A DNA stretch of 64,000 nt, taken from NCBI GenBank assembly GCA_000004695.1, contig CM000151.3:128001-192000 (forward strand). Direction: 5' to 3'. Positions 13,746-26,059 of this stretch are shown here, in pieces. This DNA comes from Dictyostelium discoideum. Lineage: Eukaryota. A program made the translations under genes and the position numbers. The first letter of the stretch is position 1, and each line of letters begins with the position of its first letter. Under the pieces are notes generated by a model. The model was not told the origin of the DNA, ran no database searches, and worked only from the letters and a program-made list of their open reading frames with translations.

Positions 13746-15828
13746 ATGAAAATTTTTTTAAAGAATGATGAAGAAAATTCTTTATTTAATTTTGATAATT
13801 CAAACCAAAATAATCAATTAAAGATTCTTAATGGTGATAACGCACTTCAATCATCTATCAATTCAGCGTTATCAATTTTCTCAATTTTGAAAACATCATT
13901 AGGTCCAAGAAGTATGAGTAAACTTATAATAAGTATGTATTTTTTTTTAAAAAAGTAAATAAAAAAAAACCAATAATCATATTGATAGAGGAAGTGAAAC
14001 CAACTAAATAATTTTTTTTTTTTTTTTTTTTTTTTTTTTCTAAATATAGAAGATAATGGTTCATATATAATTAGTAATGATGGTGCTACTATATTATCAA
14101 ATATTAAAGTTGAACATCCAGCAGCAGTTATATTAGTAAATATAGCATTATCACAAGATAGAGAGATTGGTGATGGAACAACATCAATAGTTTTATTAGC
14201 AGGTGAAATATTGAAATCATTAACAAAATTATATTTTCAAGCTAAATTTGATGGGAAATTAATTCATCAAACTACAATCACAACAATCCTATATCAACTA
14301 TTAGAAATAATTAATAATGGAATATTGGATTCAGTATCGGTTGAATATGATAATTCAACCACTGATACTCTATTCAAATTGGCAGGTGTTGCATTAGGCA
14401 CAAAACATTATTCTTATTGGACTAAAAATTTAACAACTATTACAATTAATGCAATTCAAAATTCAATTAATGCAAATCAAAATTCATCAATTATAATTGA
14501 TATTAAAAATAATATTCAAATTTGTAAATTACAAGGTGGTAATATTGATCAAAGTTGTTTTAAAAATGGTTTAATAATTTCAACAAAACAAATTCCATCA
14601 TTAATAAATATTAATAATAATAATAGTAGTATTAAATTAAAAACTATTATAGTTGGATATGATATTAATAAACATATTGAATCAACACAATCAATACATG
14701 AAACTATAAAATCAACACAAGAGATGAATAAATATTATGGAATAAGTGATAATTTAATTTTAAATTTTGTAGATAGATTAATTAGAAACAAAGTTACACT
14801 TGTATTTTTTAAACATAAAATAACAGATTTCTTATCACAATTATTATATTCAAATAATATTTCAATGGTTCAAGATTTTAATGATACCAATAGTAATTTT
14901 GAAGCAGATTCAATAATAACTAAACTTTCAAAATTAACAAATTCAATACCAATAATGAAATATGATGAATTGGATTTTCATTTACTTCAACAACAGCAAC
15001 AACAACAACAACAACAACAACAAAATGAATTTGAAGTTTATAGTTGTTTTGGTACAATTAGTAATTTTGAAATAATTTCAAAGTTTGAAGATGATTTTTA
15101 CATTTACTTAAAGTAAGTAATAATAATTACAAAAATAATATATAAAAAGAGTTTTTTTTTAACAATGTTTTTTATTATTTTTTATTTATTTTTTTATAAC
15201 TAGTAATAATTTTAAAAATAATGGATTATCATGTATATTGTTAAGAGGACCAACTAAAGATATAGTTGATGATTTAGAAATTGGTATTATAGATTCACTA
15301 TATTTAATTAAATCATCATTGGAATCAACTCCAATGATAGTTTATGGTGGTGGATCTTGTGAAATGGCAATATCAATGAAATTATTAGAATATTCAAATA
15401 GTATTAATATTAATGATAATGATAACGATAATGAAATAAATTATAATCAAAACTATTGGAAAAAAGAAATATCAAAAACATTATCAGAGTGTTTTCAAAT
15501 TATACCAACTATTTTAGTAATGAATGCATATAACTCTTGTTCAAATATTAAATCACCATTAGAAACAATAGCTGAATTATCAACTATTCACTCTAAAAAA
15601 AATCAAAATCAAACAGAAAAACAAGAAGAAGAAGAAGATAATGGTGGTGGTAGTAGTACTCAATGTAGTTTGGGTATTGATGGATGGACAGGTGAAATTA
15701 AAGATATGAAACAAATGAATATAATTGAACCATTAATACTTAAAAAATCAATTATAACTGCATCTATTCAAGCCGTTATAGCATTATTAAGAATTGATAC
15801 AATAGTATCTTCATCCTCTTTCGTTTAA
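13746..15828 (+). CDS. Divergent TCP-1/cpn60 (group II chaperonin, CCT-like) family protein. Exons are 13746..13932, 14050..15112 and 15204..15828.
   Basis: Present are the TCP-1 signature LGPRSMSKLI, then IISNDGATILSNIKVEHPAAVILVNIALSQDREIGDGTTSIVLLAGEIL (ATP-binding GDGTT), and later LLRGPTKDIVDDLE...VYGGGSCEMA. Introns are GTATGT...ATATAG and GTAAGT...AACTAG with consistent phases. The rest is N/Q-rich and much less conserved than the canonical CCT1-8 subunits. Confidence 0.7.
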
Positions 15829-15921
15829 GAATAAAAAAATAAAAAAAAAAATAAAAAAATAAACATGTGTTTAATTATTTATTTATTATTATACATTTTT
15901 AAATAAAGGTATATATATGTT

Positions 15922-16507
15922 TTAAGAGTACATTGAATTATTTGAGTAATATCTTCTATCATTATCATTATCGTCATCGTTATTATTGGTGGTTGTCGAA
16001 CTATTAGTTGAACCATTTTTTAATTCATAATCTCTAACTATTCTAACCATTGATTCATATTCAGCATCAATTGTCGGTAATGGATAACGACAGTTTGGAC
16101 AAGCAGCAGAAGTTTTTAACCAGGAATCTAAACATTCATGATGAAAATAATGTTTACATGGTAATTTTAATGCTTCTGTATCGATTGGGAATTCACATAA
16201 ACAAATTGTACAATCACCTATTCTAGTTTTATTCTTTTCATTAATTGTAATTTCTTCTGTAATTTCATTAAATTGATATTCTGAAATTGGTGGTACTGGT
16301 CGACTTTAAAAAAAAAAAAAAAAAATAATAATCAACATTAATAAACAACACAACAAGTTTGATATGGTATGGAGCTGTTTACTCTAAATTCAATAATAAT
16401 TACTGTTTTAATGCAAATTTAATTCTTTCAATATCTATTTCTTCTTCTTGATTATCAAATCTAATATTAATATTCTCTATAAAGTTTCTTAAATTATTAT
16501 GAGCCAT
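15922..16507 (-). CDS. RING-H2 zinc-finger protein (RNF181/RNF126-like E3 ligase candidate). Exons on the minus strand are 16404..16507 and 15922..16303. It is absent from the ORF track because it is split by an intron.
   Basis: The minus strand encodes MAHNNLRNFIENINIRFDNQEEEIDIERIKFALK(H)RPVPPISEYQFNE...GDCTICLCEFPIDTEALKLPCKHYFHHECLDSWLKTSAACPNCRYPL, a canonical C3H2C3 RING-H2. The intron at 16304..16403 is GTAATT...TTAAAG. Confidence 0.7.
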
Positions 16508-16921
16508 TTTGTGTATTATAAAATGAAATTAGTTTGTGGTTTTAAATTTTAAAATTAATGAAAATAAAAAAAATAAAAATAAAAATAAAATATTAAAAAA
16601 AAAAAAAAAAAAATAAAAAAAAATAAAAAAATTTTAAACAGCAAATAATTACATCTTAGATTAATAATTTTTTGTTGTTGTTTTTTTTTATTTATTTATT
16701 TTTGACTCATCATTAATAAATTAAATTATTATTAAAATATTTAAAAACAAAGAAAAAAAAAAAAAAAAAAAATTTAAATTCAATTTCATAGTATTTTCAC
16801 CAAGATATTTTCAAGGAATTTGATCTTTTTTTTTTAATTTTTTTTTTTTTTTTAAAAAAATATTGAGCATTTTTTTTATTTTTTTTTTTTTATTTTTTTT
16901 TTTTTTTTTTTTATTATTATT

Positions 16922-17502
16922 ATGATTTTTAATAAATTGAATTATTCATTGATTAGAAATAATACATTTAAAATTTTAAAAAGAAGAATGACAACAGCAA
17001 CTACAGCAACAATTAAAATTAATGGTAATGATACTCCATTAACAATTATTCCAAATGAAATTAGTTTAGAAACAGTTATGTCTGCACCAAATTTTAATAA
17101 ATGGATAAAGAAAATGGAATTAGAGAAAGAATTAAAAGTAAATAGTATTTCAGTTCAATCAGTTGATATGTTTGGTAAAAATGTTGGATTTCTTAAATTT
17201 AAAGCAGATGTCGTCACAGTGAAAGAGGGTAGAGTCGTGCCAGGTATCATTTTCTGTCGTGGTGGTTCCGTTGCAATTTTAGTGATTTTAAAATCAAAAG
17301 AAACCGGTAAAGAATATTCAGTATTAACTGTTCAAACTCGTGTACCAGTTGCATCTTTCCAATATTCTGAAATTCCTGCTGGTATGTTAGATGGTTCTGG
17401 TCATTTCGTTGGTGTTGCTGCAAAAGAATTAAAGTAATTATTAATAATCAAATTTACTTACTTACTTACTACTACTATTATAAAATATTAATATAAAAAA
17501 AA

Positions 17503-17536
<34 letters not shown>

Positions 17537-17882
17537 TTTATATATATTTATATATATATATTATAGAGAAGAAACAGGATTAGAAGTATCTGAAGATAAA
17601 TTAATAGATTTAACAAAATTAGCATATGGAACAGAAGTTGATGGTGTTTATCCAAGTCCAGGTGGTTGTGATGAGTTTATTAGATTATTCCTTTTTAGAG
17701 AAACATTGGATCAAAGTAAAATTGATGAACTTCAACATAAATTAACTGGTTGTTTAGATGAAAATGAAAGTATTACATTAAATATCGTTCCATTAGAAGA
17801 TTTATGGAAAAAGAGTCATGATGGTAAAACTTTATCAGCATTATACCTTTATGAAAAATTATTAAAAGATAATAAATTGTAA
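16922..17882 (+). CDS. Nudix hydrolase (ADP-sugar / NUDT14-like pyrophosphatase), possibly mitochondrial. Exons are 16922..17433 and 17567..17882.
   Basis: The Nudix box GVAAKELK|EETGLEV spans the intron at 17434..17566 (GTAATT...TTATAG, which contains a (TA)n tract). SGHFVGVAAKELKEETGLEVSEDKLIDL...SPGGCDEFIRLFLF resembles NUDT14/ADP-ribose pyrophosphatases. The N-terminus MIFNKLNYSLIRNNTFKILKRRM is targeting-peptide-like. Confidence 0.75.
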
Positions 17883-17978
17883 AATTATATAAATAATAAT
17901 AAAAAATATATAATGATTTTTTTAAAAAAAAGGGTTGGTTTTTTTAATTTGTTTTATTTTTTTATTTTTTTTTTTTAT

Positions 17979-18752
17979 TTATTCATCATCTTCTTCATCT
18001 TCTTCACCATCTTCACCATCAAATTCATCGTCATCCTCATCATCATCATCATGATCTTCTTCTAAAAGGATTGAAAATGGATCTTCATATAATCTTGAAA
18101 ATTCTTCAAAAGTATCAAGATCAGCATCATTAGATTGTAACCAAGTTAAAATAAAACTTTGTTCAGCAAAATCAACTTGCTTTCTTTTTTTATTGTTGGT
18201 ATTATTTTTAAGAGTGATTGGAGTTGAATTTGTGTAATCGATTTTTGTGTTTTTACAAGTTGAATTACCATCTTTATCAGTTATAATCTCTTTTGTAATT
18301 TGTTTATTCTTAAAGATTGAATTATCTTTAAAAGAGAATACAATTTTTTTGATGATTTCTTCTTTTTCAAGGTTTATGTCAGTTTCAACTTCGATATTTG
18401 TTAAACAGTCAACTACTGCTTGATCATTGTCAGCAAAGTTATCAATCATTGCTTTTGATAGAATTGTACCCCAAAATCCTTGAAAATCTTTACTCTTTTG
18501 TAATAATTCTGATCTCTTTTTAAATTGAGATTTTAATTGTTGATTGAATTTATGTTCAACTTGTAACATTTTCTTTTTATTTTCTTCAAAAATTACTTTA
18601 ATTTTATCATTAATTACATTTAATTTATCTTGAATATCTTGTGGAATATCTGTTGTTGTTGTTGTAGAGGAAGCATTATTATTTTCAACAGTTTTTTCTT
18701 GTTCAACTTTAACAACTTTTTTATTATTATTATTTCCTTTTGATTTACTCAT
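17979..18752 (-). CDS. Nucleosome assembly protein (NAP/SET family) histone chaperone with an acidic C-terminal tail. Single exon.
   Basis: The NAP-domain core is FWGTILSKAMIDNFADNDQAVVDCLTNIEVE...FSFKDNSIFKNKQITKEI. The C-terminus is a D/E-rich tail (EEDHDDDDEDDDEFDGEDGEEDEEDDE), as in SET/NAP1. Confidence 0.7.
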   Translation of the reverse strand: MSKSKGNNNNKKVVKVEQEKTVENNNASSTTTTTDIPQDIQDKLNVINDKIKVIFEENKKKMLQVEHKFNQQLKSQFKKRSELLQKSKDFQGFWGTILSKAMIDNFADNDQAVVDCLTNIEVETDINLEKEEIIKKIVFSFKDNSIFKNKQITKEIITDKDGNSTCKNTKIDYTNSTPITLKNNTNNKKRKQVDFAEQSFILTWLQSNDADLDTFEEFSRLYEDPFSILLEEDHDDDDEDDDEFDGEDGEEDEEDDE

Positions 18753-19173
18753 TTTTTTTCGTTTTTTTTATTTTTTTATTTTTTTTTTTATTTATAGGTA
18801 CTTCGTAAAAATAAATGAAATGAAAAATTACCGAGATTTTTTCAAAAAAATTTTTTTTTTTTTTATTTCACAAAAAAAAAAAAATAAAAAAAAATATAAA
18901 AAAAAATAAAATTAATAAAAATAACTGTAAAAAAAAAAAAAAAATAATAATAATAAAATAATAAATTTAGTATTTTTTTTTTTTTTTTTAATTAAAACAT
19001 TTTTATATTTTAGAAATCATAAATTCATAAAATAAAAAAAAAAAAAAAAAAAAAAAAAAATGAAAATTCTTGGTTTTAACCAAATACCACAAATTTGTTG
19101 TTAGATGGAATATTTTTTTATTTTTTATTTTTTATTTTATTTTATTTTATTTTTTTTTTAAATTTTTAAATTT

Positions 19174-20936
19174 TTAAATTTTTAAAATAAAATCTTTTAT
19201 ATTTTTATTTATCCATTTTAAAATATCATCTTCTTTAAAATTTGGATTTTCATATTGTAAAATTGTCATTGATTTCATTAAATTGGTAATATCAATAGAT
19301 TGATCTGGGAATAAATTTTTAATTTTCCTTCCATCAACTAATAAAGAAACCTTTTCAAAAGTGAAATTATCATCACTAAAAAGTTTAGTTAATTGATTTA
19401 ATACATCTAAAATTTCATTCTCTCTATCTGGATATTTCTCTAATAAATAAACTATTGAAATATTTAATGGAAAATTCCATTGTAAACCACCAGCTTTACA
19501 ATTTTTAAGTTCATGAAAAATTGAATATAAATTTGATTTATCATTTAAATTATTTAAATATAATTTAAAATCTTTTAATTGATTAATATTATTTGTATTA
19601 TTATTTGTATTATTATTTGTATCATTATTAATATTTAAAAATGATGAAATTAAATTATTAAAAAGTAATGATATATTTAAAGTTGAACCAGTATTTGTTG
19701 AAAATTGATAATTAATTAATGATTTTATAGTTTTTGAAGTATTATCTTTAAATCCTAAATGAGCATCAATAAAAAATGGTAAAAATATACAACATTTATA
19801 AAAATCAATATTAAATAAATTATCATTATTATTATTATTTTGATTAATTAATATTTTTAAATATTTTAAAGATTTTTTAAATAATTCTTTAATAATTTCA
19901 TGGTCATTTATAATTTTATCAAAATCAATAATTGAATTAATTAAACCAGTATCGATTAAATAATCAATTGATTGAATTACTGATGACTTGTTTGACATCA
20001 TTAAATGAAATTCTTTATAGATTCTTTCTTTACTAACTTTATTTGAAATTAGTTGTTTATTAAGATTGAATTTAATTGTATTATAAAGTTGTTGTTCTAT
20101 TTGAAAACCTTGAAACCTACTTGCGAATCTGATCACTCTGAATGCTCTTAACGGGTCGTCTAGTAGTGTTTTCAGTGGTTCCAATGGTGTACGAATTATA
20201 GAATTCTCAAGATCACTTAACCCATATCCTGAATGGTCTTCAATCTTTAGTGTATTTAAATTATAAAATAATGAATTTATTGTTAAATCTCTTCTTAAAC
20301 AGTCTGATAATGGTGACCAACCGTAATTTCGGGTATTCTAGAATTCGGATCACTATATTCATCACTTCTTAATGAATTGAAATCAATTTGAAATCCATGA
20401 ATATTAATTGATGCTGTCTCTAAATGTTTTGATTTCTCTGGATTTCTTTTTATTAAATATTTTTTAAAAGATTCTTTATTAATTTTAAATTCTTCTATTA
20501 ATTTTATAAAATTAGTACCTGAAATATTACTTAATGCAATATCAATATCAATATCAATATCTTTTATTTGTTGTTGTTGTTGTGGTTGTGGTTGAGGTTG
20601 AGGTTGTTGTTGTTTTTGATTATCTAATAACTATTATAAAATTAAATAAAATAAGTAAAAAATTTTAAAATATTTTTTTAAAAAAAAAAAAAGAAAACTT
20701 ACTTTATCTCTAACCCAACCACCTGCAACTCTTAATTCAATATCATTTCTATTATTGAAAATTAATATGTTTTTTAAAAAATCAAATAATTTATTTTCTT
20801 CTGGACTAATTTGTATATTTTTTGTTGGAATTGAATTATTTGAATAAAATAATTTATTTAAATAATAACTATTATTATTATTATTATTATTGTTGAAAAT
20901 CTTTGCAGTCTTTTGGAATGCTGAAAGTATTTTCAT
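19174..20936 (-). CDS. CCA-adding tRNA nucleotidyltransferase. Exons on the minus strand are 20703..20936 and 19174..20630. There is an apparent -1 frameshift near 20318.
   Basis: Exon 1 ends ...IELRVAGGWVRDK, the GG.VRD motif of nucleotidyltransferases. Exon 2 has DIDIDIDIAL, then ...SDEYSDPNSRIPEI, and after the frame break SPLSDCLRRDLTINSLFYNL (the RRD motif B) ...DDPLRAFRVIRFASRF. The intron at 20631..20702 is GTAAGT...AATAG. The frame break is discussed in findings. Confidence 0.7.
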
Positions 20937-21479
20937 TATTTATTTTTATTTTTTTTTTTTTTTTTTTTTTTTTTTGATGAAATAAAAAAATAAAAGTAAA
21001 AAAAAAAAAAAAAAATTTTTTTTTGCTGTTTTGCAATAAAAAAAAAAAAAAAAAATAGTTGGTAAACCAGTTCAACCTTTTTTCATAATAATTTTTTATT
21101 TATTTCCAAATATCCTTTTTGAGACCAAACCCATGTAAAAATTTGAGAATAAATTGGTATAAATAGAGCCTGTTTTTATTTTGTTTTTTAATTTTATTCC
21201 AAACAATTTAATTAAATTCCAATGGAGTTTAGATATTGTATAAAGGAATCTATCTAAAACCACACAAAAATCTAAAATAAAATAAAAAAAAAAAAATATT
21301 TTGTATTTTAAAAAAATAAATAAAATAGATGTAATTTAAAATTTTATTTTTTTTTAAAAAAAGAAAAAAAGATTTATTTACTATTATTTATTACTACTAC
21401 TACTACTACTACTACTACTATTAAAATGTTATTATAATTAAATATATTATTAATTAAACTATATAATATATTTATTTAT

Positions 21480-22271
21480 TTATTTTTCATCTAATTCCAT
21501 TAACGGTATTCCGATATCTTCATGATTATGTTTATTTTCATCATTTTTGTAGTAATATTTTTGGAGTAAAAAGTAAAGTGTTGCTGGCATAAGATCCGCT
21601 AAAACACCACCAATAATCAATAAGATTAAACCCATATCTTGTTCTGGTCCTCTACCTGCAACTCTATATTCTATATAAACCTCTGGTACAAAATCAACAT
21701 TATTTGAACCAGTTGCATTTGTAGGTATATTAACTACTGCCGATACTTTAAAGTATGATCCTTCTCCAACTTCTTTCATCTATAAAATAAATAAATAAAT
21801 AAATTAATTGATTAATTATTTCCTCTTTTTTTTTTATTTTTTATTTTTTTATTTTTTTATTTTTTTATTATTTTATTAATTAAAAAAACTTACATGTAAA
21901 ATTTGATCTCCACCTGGACCATCCCTTAAATCATAACTAGTTAATGATCTGGCTGGTTCATAAATACAACCATGTTTAACATCTTGGCATGTCTAATAAA
22001 TTATAAAAAATAATAAAAATAATTTATTAATAAACTTAAAATTAATTTTGAAATTAAAATAATATTAATAATAATAATAATAATATTTACTTCAGTAACA
22101 TAATCACCATCGTCTTCATTAATTGGACCATCTCTAAAAATGGTCATACTCTTACCACCACAATATGCAAACTCTGTTTTTGTATAAGTATCTAAATCTG
22201 TTTTAAAAATTCCAAATACATGATCTTCACCTTGGAAATGATTTAACCAAACACTACCATTAACTATTTTT

Positions 22272-22308
<37 letters not shown>

Positions 22309-22330
22309 AAATTGGTTAGAACATGTATTA

Positions 22331-22365
<35 letters not shown>

Positions 22366-22692
22366 ATAAATACCTTTATTTGTAACATAAACCATAACGG
22401 AATACGGTATTGATTCACCTAAAACATTTTTATTTACGATAAATGTTTGTTCAGCACCTTCACCTGCTACATTATCTTGACATTTTGAATCTGCTCCTAC
22501 CGGAAAACCAACCCATTGATTTTTTATAGTTGACGGACAGAGATTTAAACTCCACATATATGGTGGTGGTGTTGACTCTGACATATAATTTAAGAATCCA
22601 ACAATTAATAAAACAACACCTACAATAAATACTGATACACATACACCAATGAGAGCTAATACACATTTAGAACATTTTTGAAACCTCCCCAT
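21480..22692 (-). CDS. Two-pass membrane protein of about 296 aa with four exons. On the minus strand these are 22374..22692, 22091..22263, 21894..21992 and 21480..21779.
   Basis: It has an N-terminal TM segment (VLALIGVCVSVFIVGVVLLIVGFL), a Cys-containing ectodomain of about 200 aa and a C-terminal TM segment (MGLILLIIGGVLADLMPATLYFLL). All three introns have GT donors (GTATTT, GTAAAT, GTAAGT) and AG acceptors with consistent phases. No family recognised. Confidence 0.6.
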
Positions 22693-23327
22693 ATGTTTTT
22701 AATTTTTTACAAAAATATATATAATTATATATATAGAGATAAATTGAAAAAAAAAAAAAAAAAAAAAAAAAGAATGAAATTACTTATTTATTATTATTAT
22801 TATTTTTGAAATAGGTCTCTTAATAAAAAAAAAATAAAAAAAAAAAAAAACTATGAACGAGTTTTAATTTAAAAAAATAAAAAAAAAAAAATATAAAAAA
22901 AAATAAAAAATAAAAAAAAAAAAATAAAAAAAAAAAAAAAAGAAAATAAAAAAATTTTAAAATAAACTTTAAATTGTCAAAAATGATTTTTTTTTATTTT
23001 AATGCAACGCTAGTGCCAACCAGGAAATTTAAAAAAAAGACGGAGTGGAGTCTTCCATTTTTATGGAAATTTAAAAAAAATAAAAATAAAAATAAAATGA
23101 ATAGGAAAAGTGAAGGGTTTAAATATAATTTTGATTCATAAATTCCAATTTTTTTTTTATTTTTTTATTTTTTATTTTTTATTATAATTATTTAATTTTT
23201 TTTTTTACAAATAAATAAAAAGGTTTTTTTTTTTTTTTTTCCAAAAATTTGGAATCAAGAAATTAAAAATTAATGATTTCAATATTAAAAAAAAAAAAAT
23301 AAAAATAAAAAGTTTATTAAATTGAGT

Positions 23328-23749
23328 TTAAAATCTTCTCTTCTTTTTTTTTCTCTTTGGTGCTTCAACCAATTTACAATCATTATCTAAATTATTATCA
23401 TTATTATTGTTTTTTTTTTTTTTTAATATTGAAATCATAAATTGTTAGTATTTGTAGAAGGGGGAGGAGGGGGGAAATAATAAAAAATAATTAATTTTCT
23501 ATACATACTTATAAAATCATAAATCCTTTTGACAATATCTTTTTTAGTACCAGATAATTTTAAATTGTTTTGTTTACAATAAGATCGTAAATGATTACAA
23601 TGAAACATTCCACTTAGTTCCTGTTTTGAAAGTCCTTTTTCTATTTTATTTACATGTTGCTTTTTATTATTATTGTTATTATCATTATGATCAGCAGAAT
23701 CATCACTACCCTCATCCATATCAGAGTTTGATTCATTATCATCTTCATC

Positions 23750-23781
<32 letters not shown>

Positions 23782-23980
23782 TATTGTCATCTTCACTTTT
23801 AATAAATAGTTGTAGTTGTTTAATATCTTGAGTTTGTTGTATTATATCATCATTATTATTATTATCATTATTATTATTATCATTATTATTCTCTTTTAAT
23901 TTTGGTGATTCATTACTACCTTGCGTTATAACTAAACTATCATTACTTTTAATACAACTATTATTGTTATCATTTTCTTG

Positions 23981-24060
<80 letters not shown>

Positions 24061-25005
24061 CATTATTATTATCATTATTATTATTATTAGATTCTTTATT
24101 GATTGAATTTCCATTTCCATTTTCATATTGACTATCATTATCACCATTATTATTATTTTCATCACTATTATTATTATTATTATCATCATCACTATTATGA
24201 TTATTATTATTATTATTATTTTTAATTACAAATACAATATTATCATCATCTTTATCATCATAATAATCATCATCATATTCATCAATATATTCATTATCAT
24301 TTTCACTATCATAATCAAGAGCATCATTATCATCATAGTTATTGATTGAACCTTCTTCACCTATAAAATGATAACAAGAATTTTCTTCACTATTTGAGTA
24401 ATCATCTTTATCTTGATTTTCATTATTAATATTTGATTTTTTTTTATTATTAGTTGGTTTCATTGTATTATGTTTTCTTTTATATAGTGACGGTGGTGAC
24501 ATTGAATTATTACTATTATTATTATTATTATTATTCTTTTTAGTATTGGTGGTGGTGGTGTTGATATTTGTAGTTAATTTTGATTTCTTTTTTAAAGGAT
24601 CACCTTCAAATATTAAAGACATGATTTGATCAATTATAACATCTTTTTTTCCATTTTTATTTAATTTTAAATTATCAGCAACCATTTTAATGATTTGAGA
24701 ATTTAAATTTCTAAAAAATGATTCTGTACCTCTAAATAATAATTCTTGTTTAATTTCACTTTTTAAATTATTTAAAATTTCATTATTATTATTATTATTA
24801 TCAGTGATATTATTATTATTTTTATTATTATTATTATCAGGTATTGGTACATTTATACATTTTGAATAAATTTTAGTAATTTCAAAATCAGATTTATCAA
24901 AAAGATAATTTAAACCTCTTGATTTAATTAATGAGGAAAAGTGTTGAAAAAATGATATTTTTTGATTTGAAAATTCAATTCTTTTATAAAATTCTTCTAA
25001 ATCCA

Positions 25006-25098
<93 letters not shown>

Positions 25099-25636
25099 CT
25101 TCATTTTCATCAATTTCATCATAATTTGTATAAATATTAATATTATAATTTTTTAAATAAGAATGATTTAATAAGGAATGATTATTTAATAATTTAATAG
25201 TATTTTGAAATAATGAAAGTGAATCGGTGATTGATGAATCTTGAAATGATGATACAAATTCATCGATTGATGAAAATGATATACATTCTTTGATTATATG
25301 AAGTAATTTAGATTTTGGTACTTTATCAACATGTGTATCAACTGAAAGATTATAAATATTTTTAATTGATTTAAGTAATTGAATAATGGTTTCTTTTGAT
25401 AATGTTCCTAATACTTGTATAAAATCATTATCAGTTAAAACTAAAAGTTTATATGGTGGTGGTGGAGGTGGTGGTAATAATTGACTTGAATTTGAATTTG
25501 AATTTGAGTTTGAATTTGAATTTTTTGAATTTCCTTTTTTATTATTTATTTTTTTATTTGAATTTGAATTTGAATTTGAATTATTATTATTATTTGTAGT
25601 TATATTCCCATTAATATTTTTATCTTTTTTTATCAT
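23328..25636 (-). CDS. SAP-domain protein with very long N/D/S low-complexity regions. Proposed exons on the minus strand are 23509..25636 and 23328..23386.
   Basis: A SAP motif is present near the C-terminus: LSKQELSGMFHCNHLRSYCKQNNLKLSGTKKDIVKRIYDF. GTATGT at 23508 and TTTAG at 23387 would give a basic tail ...NNDCKLVEAPKRKKKKRRF*. The 3' splice is uncertain; read-through would instead end ...PPPPPSTNTNNL. Confidence 0.5.
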
Positions 25637-26059
25637 TTTATATTAAAAATTATTATAAAAATATTTAATATTTGAAATATACTACTTTTTTTATATTTTT
25701 TTGTATATTTTTTTTTAATTTTTTAATTTATTTTTAAAAAAAGGTTGTTTTATAATAATAAAATATCTTCCCTCTTTGTCTAAAAATAACTTTTACTTAT
25801 TGTGGGGAAGTTTTTTTTGTTGAAAAAAAAAAAAAAAATAAAAAAAAAAAGTAGAAAAAAAAAAAAGTAAAAAATAAAAAAAAAAATAAAAAAAAAATAA
25901 AATTATAAAAATTAAAAATGAATTAAATTTTTTTTTTTTTTTTTTTTTATTTCATCAAAACAATGAAATTAATTTAAAATTGAAGAGAATAAAGAGAAGT
26001 GCAAAATCATCATCATCATCATTCTTTATTATTCATCATTATTATTATTATTATAAGTT

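Noticed and set aside
22990-23060. Direct repeat ggaaatttaaaaaaaa x2 flanking a GC-richer 26-mer; considered as a small RNA or tRNA
   Set aside because: It has no tRNA-like cloverleaf or A/B-box features. It is probably just intergenic repeat structure.
23932-24349. Short ORFs made of poly-I/M/N on both strands
   Set aside because: They are translations of (AAT)n/(ATT)n triplet repeats that encode poly-N in the SAP-domain gene. They have no independent coding signal.
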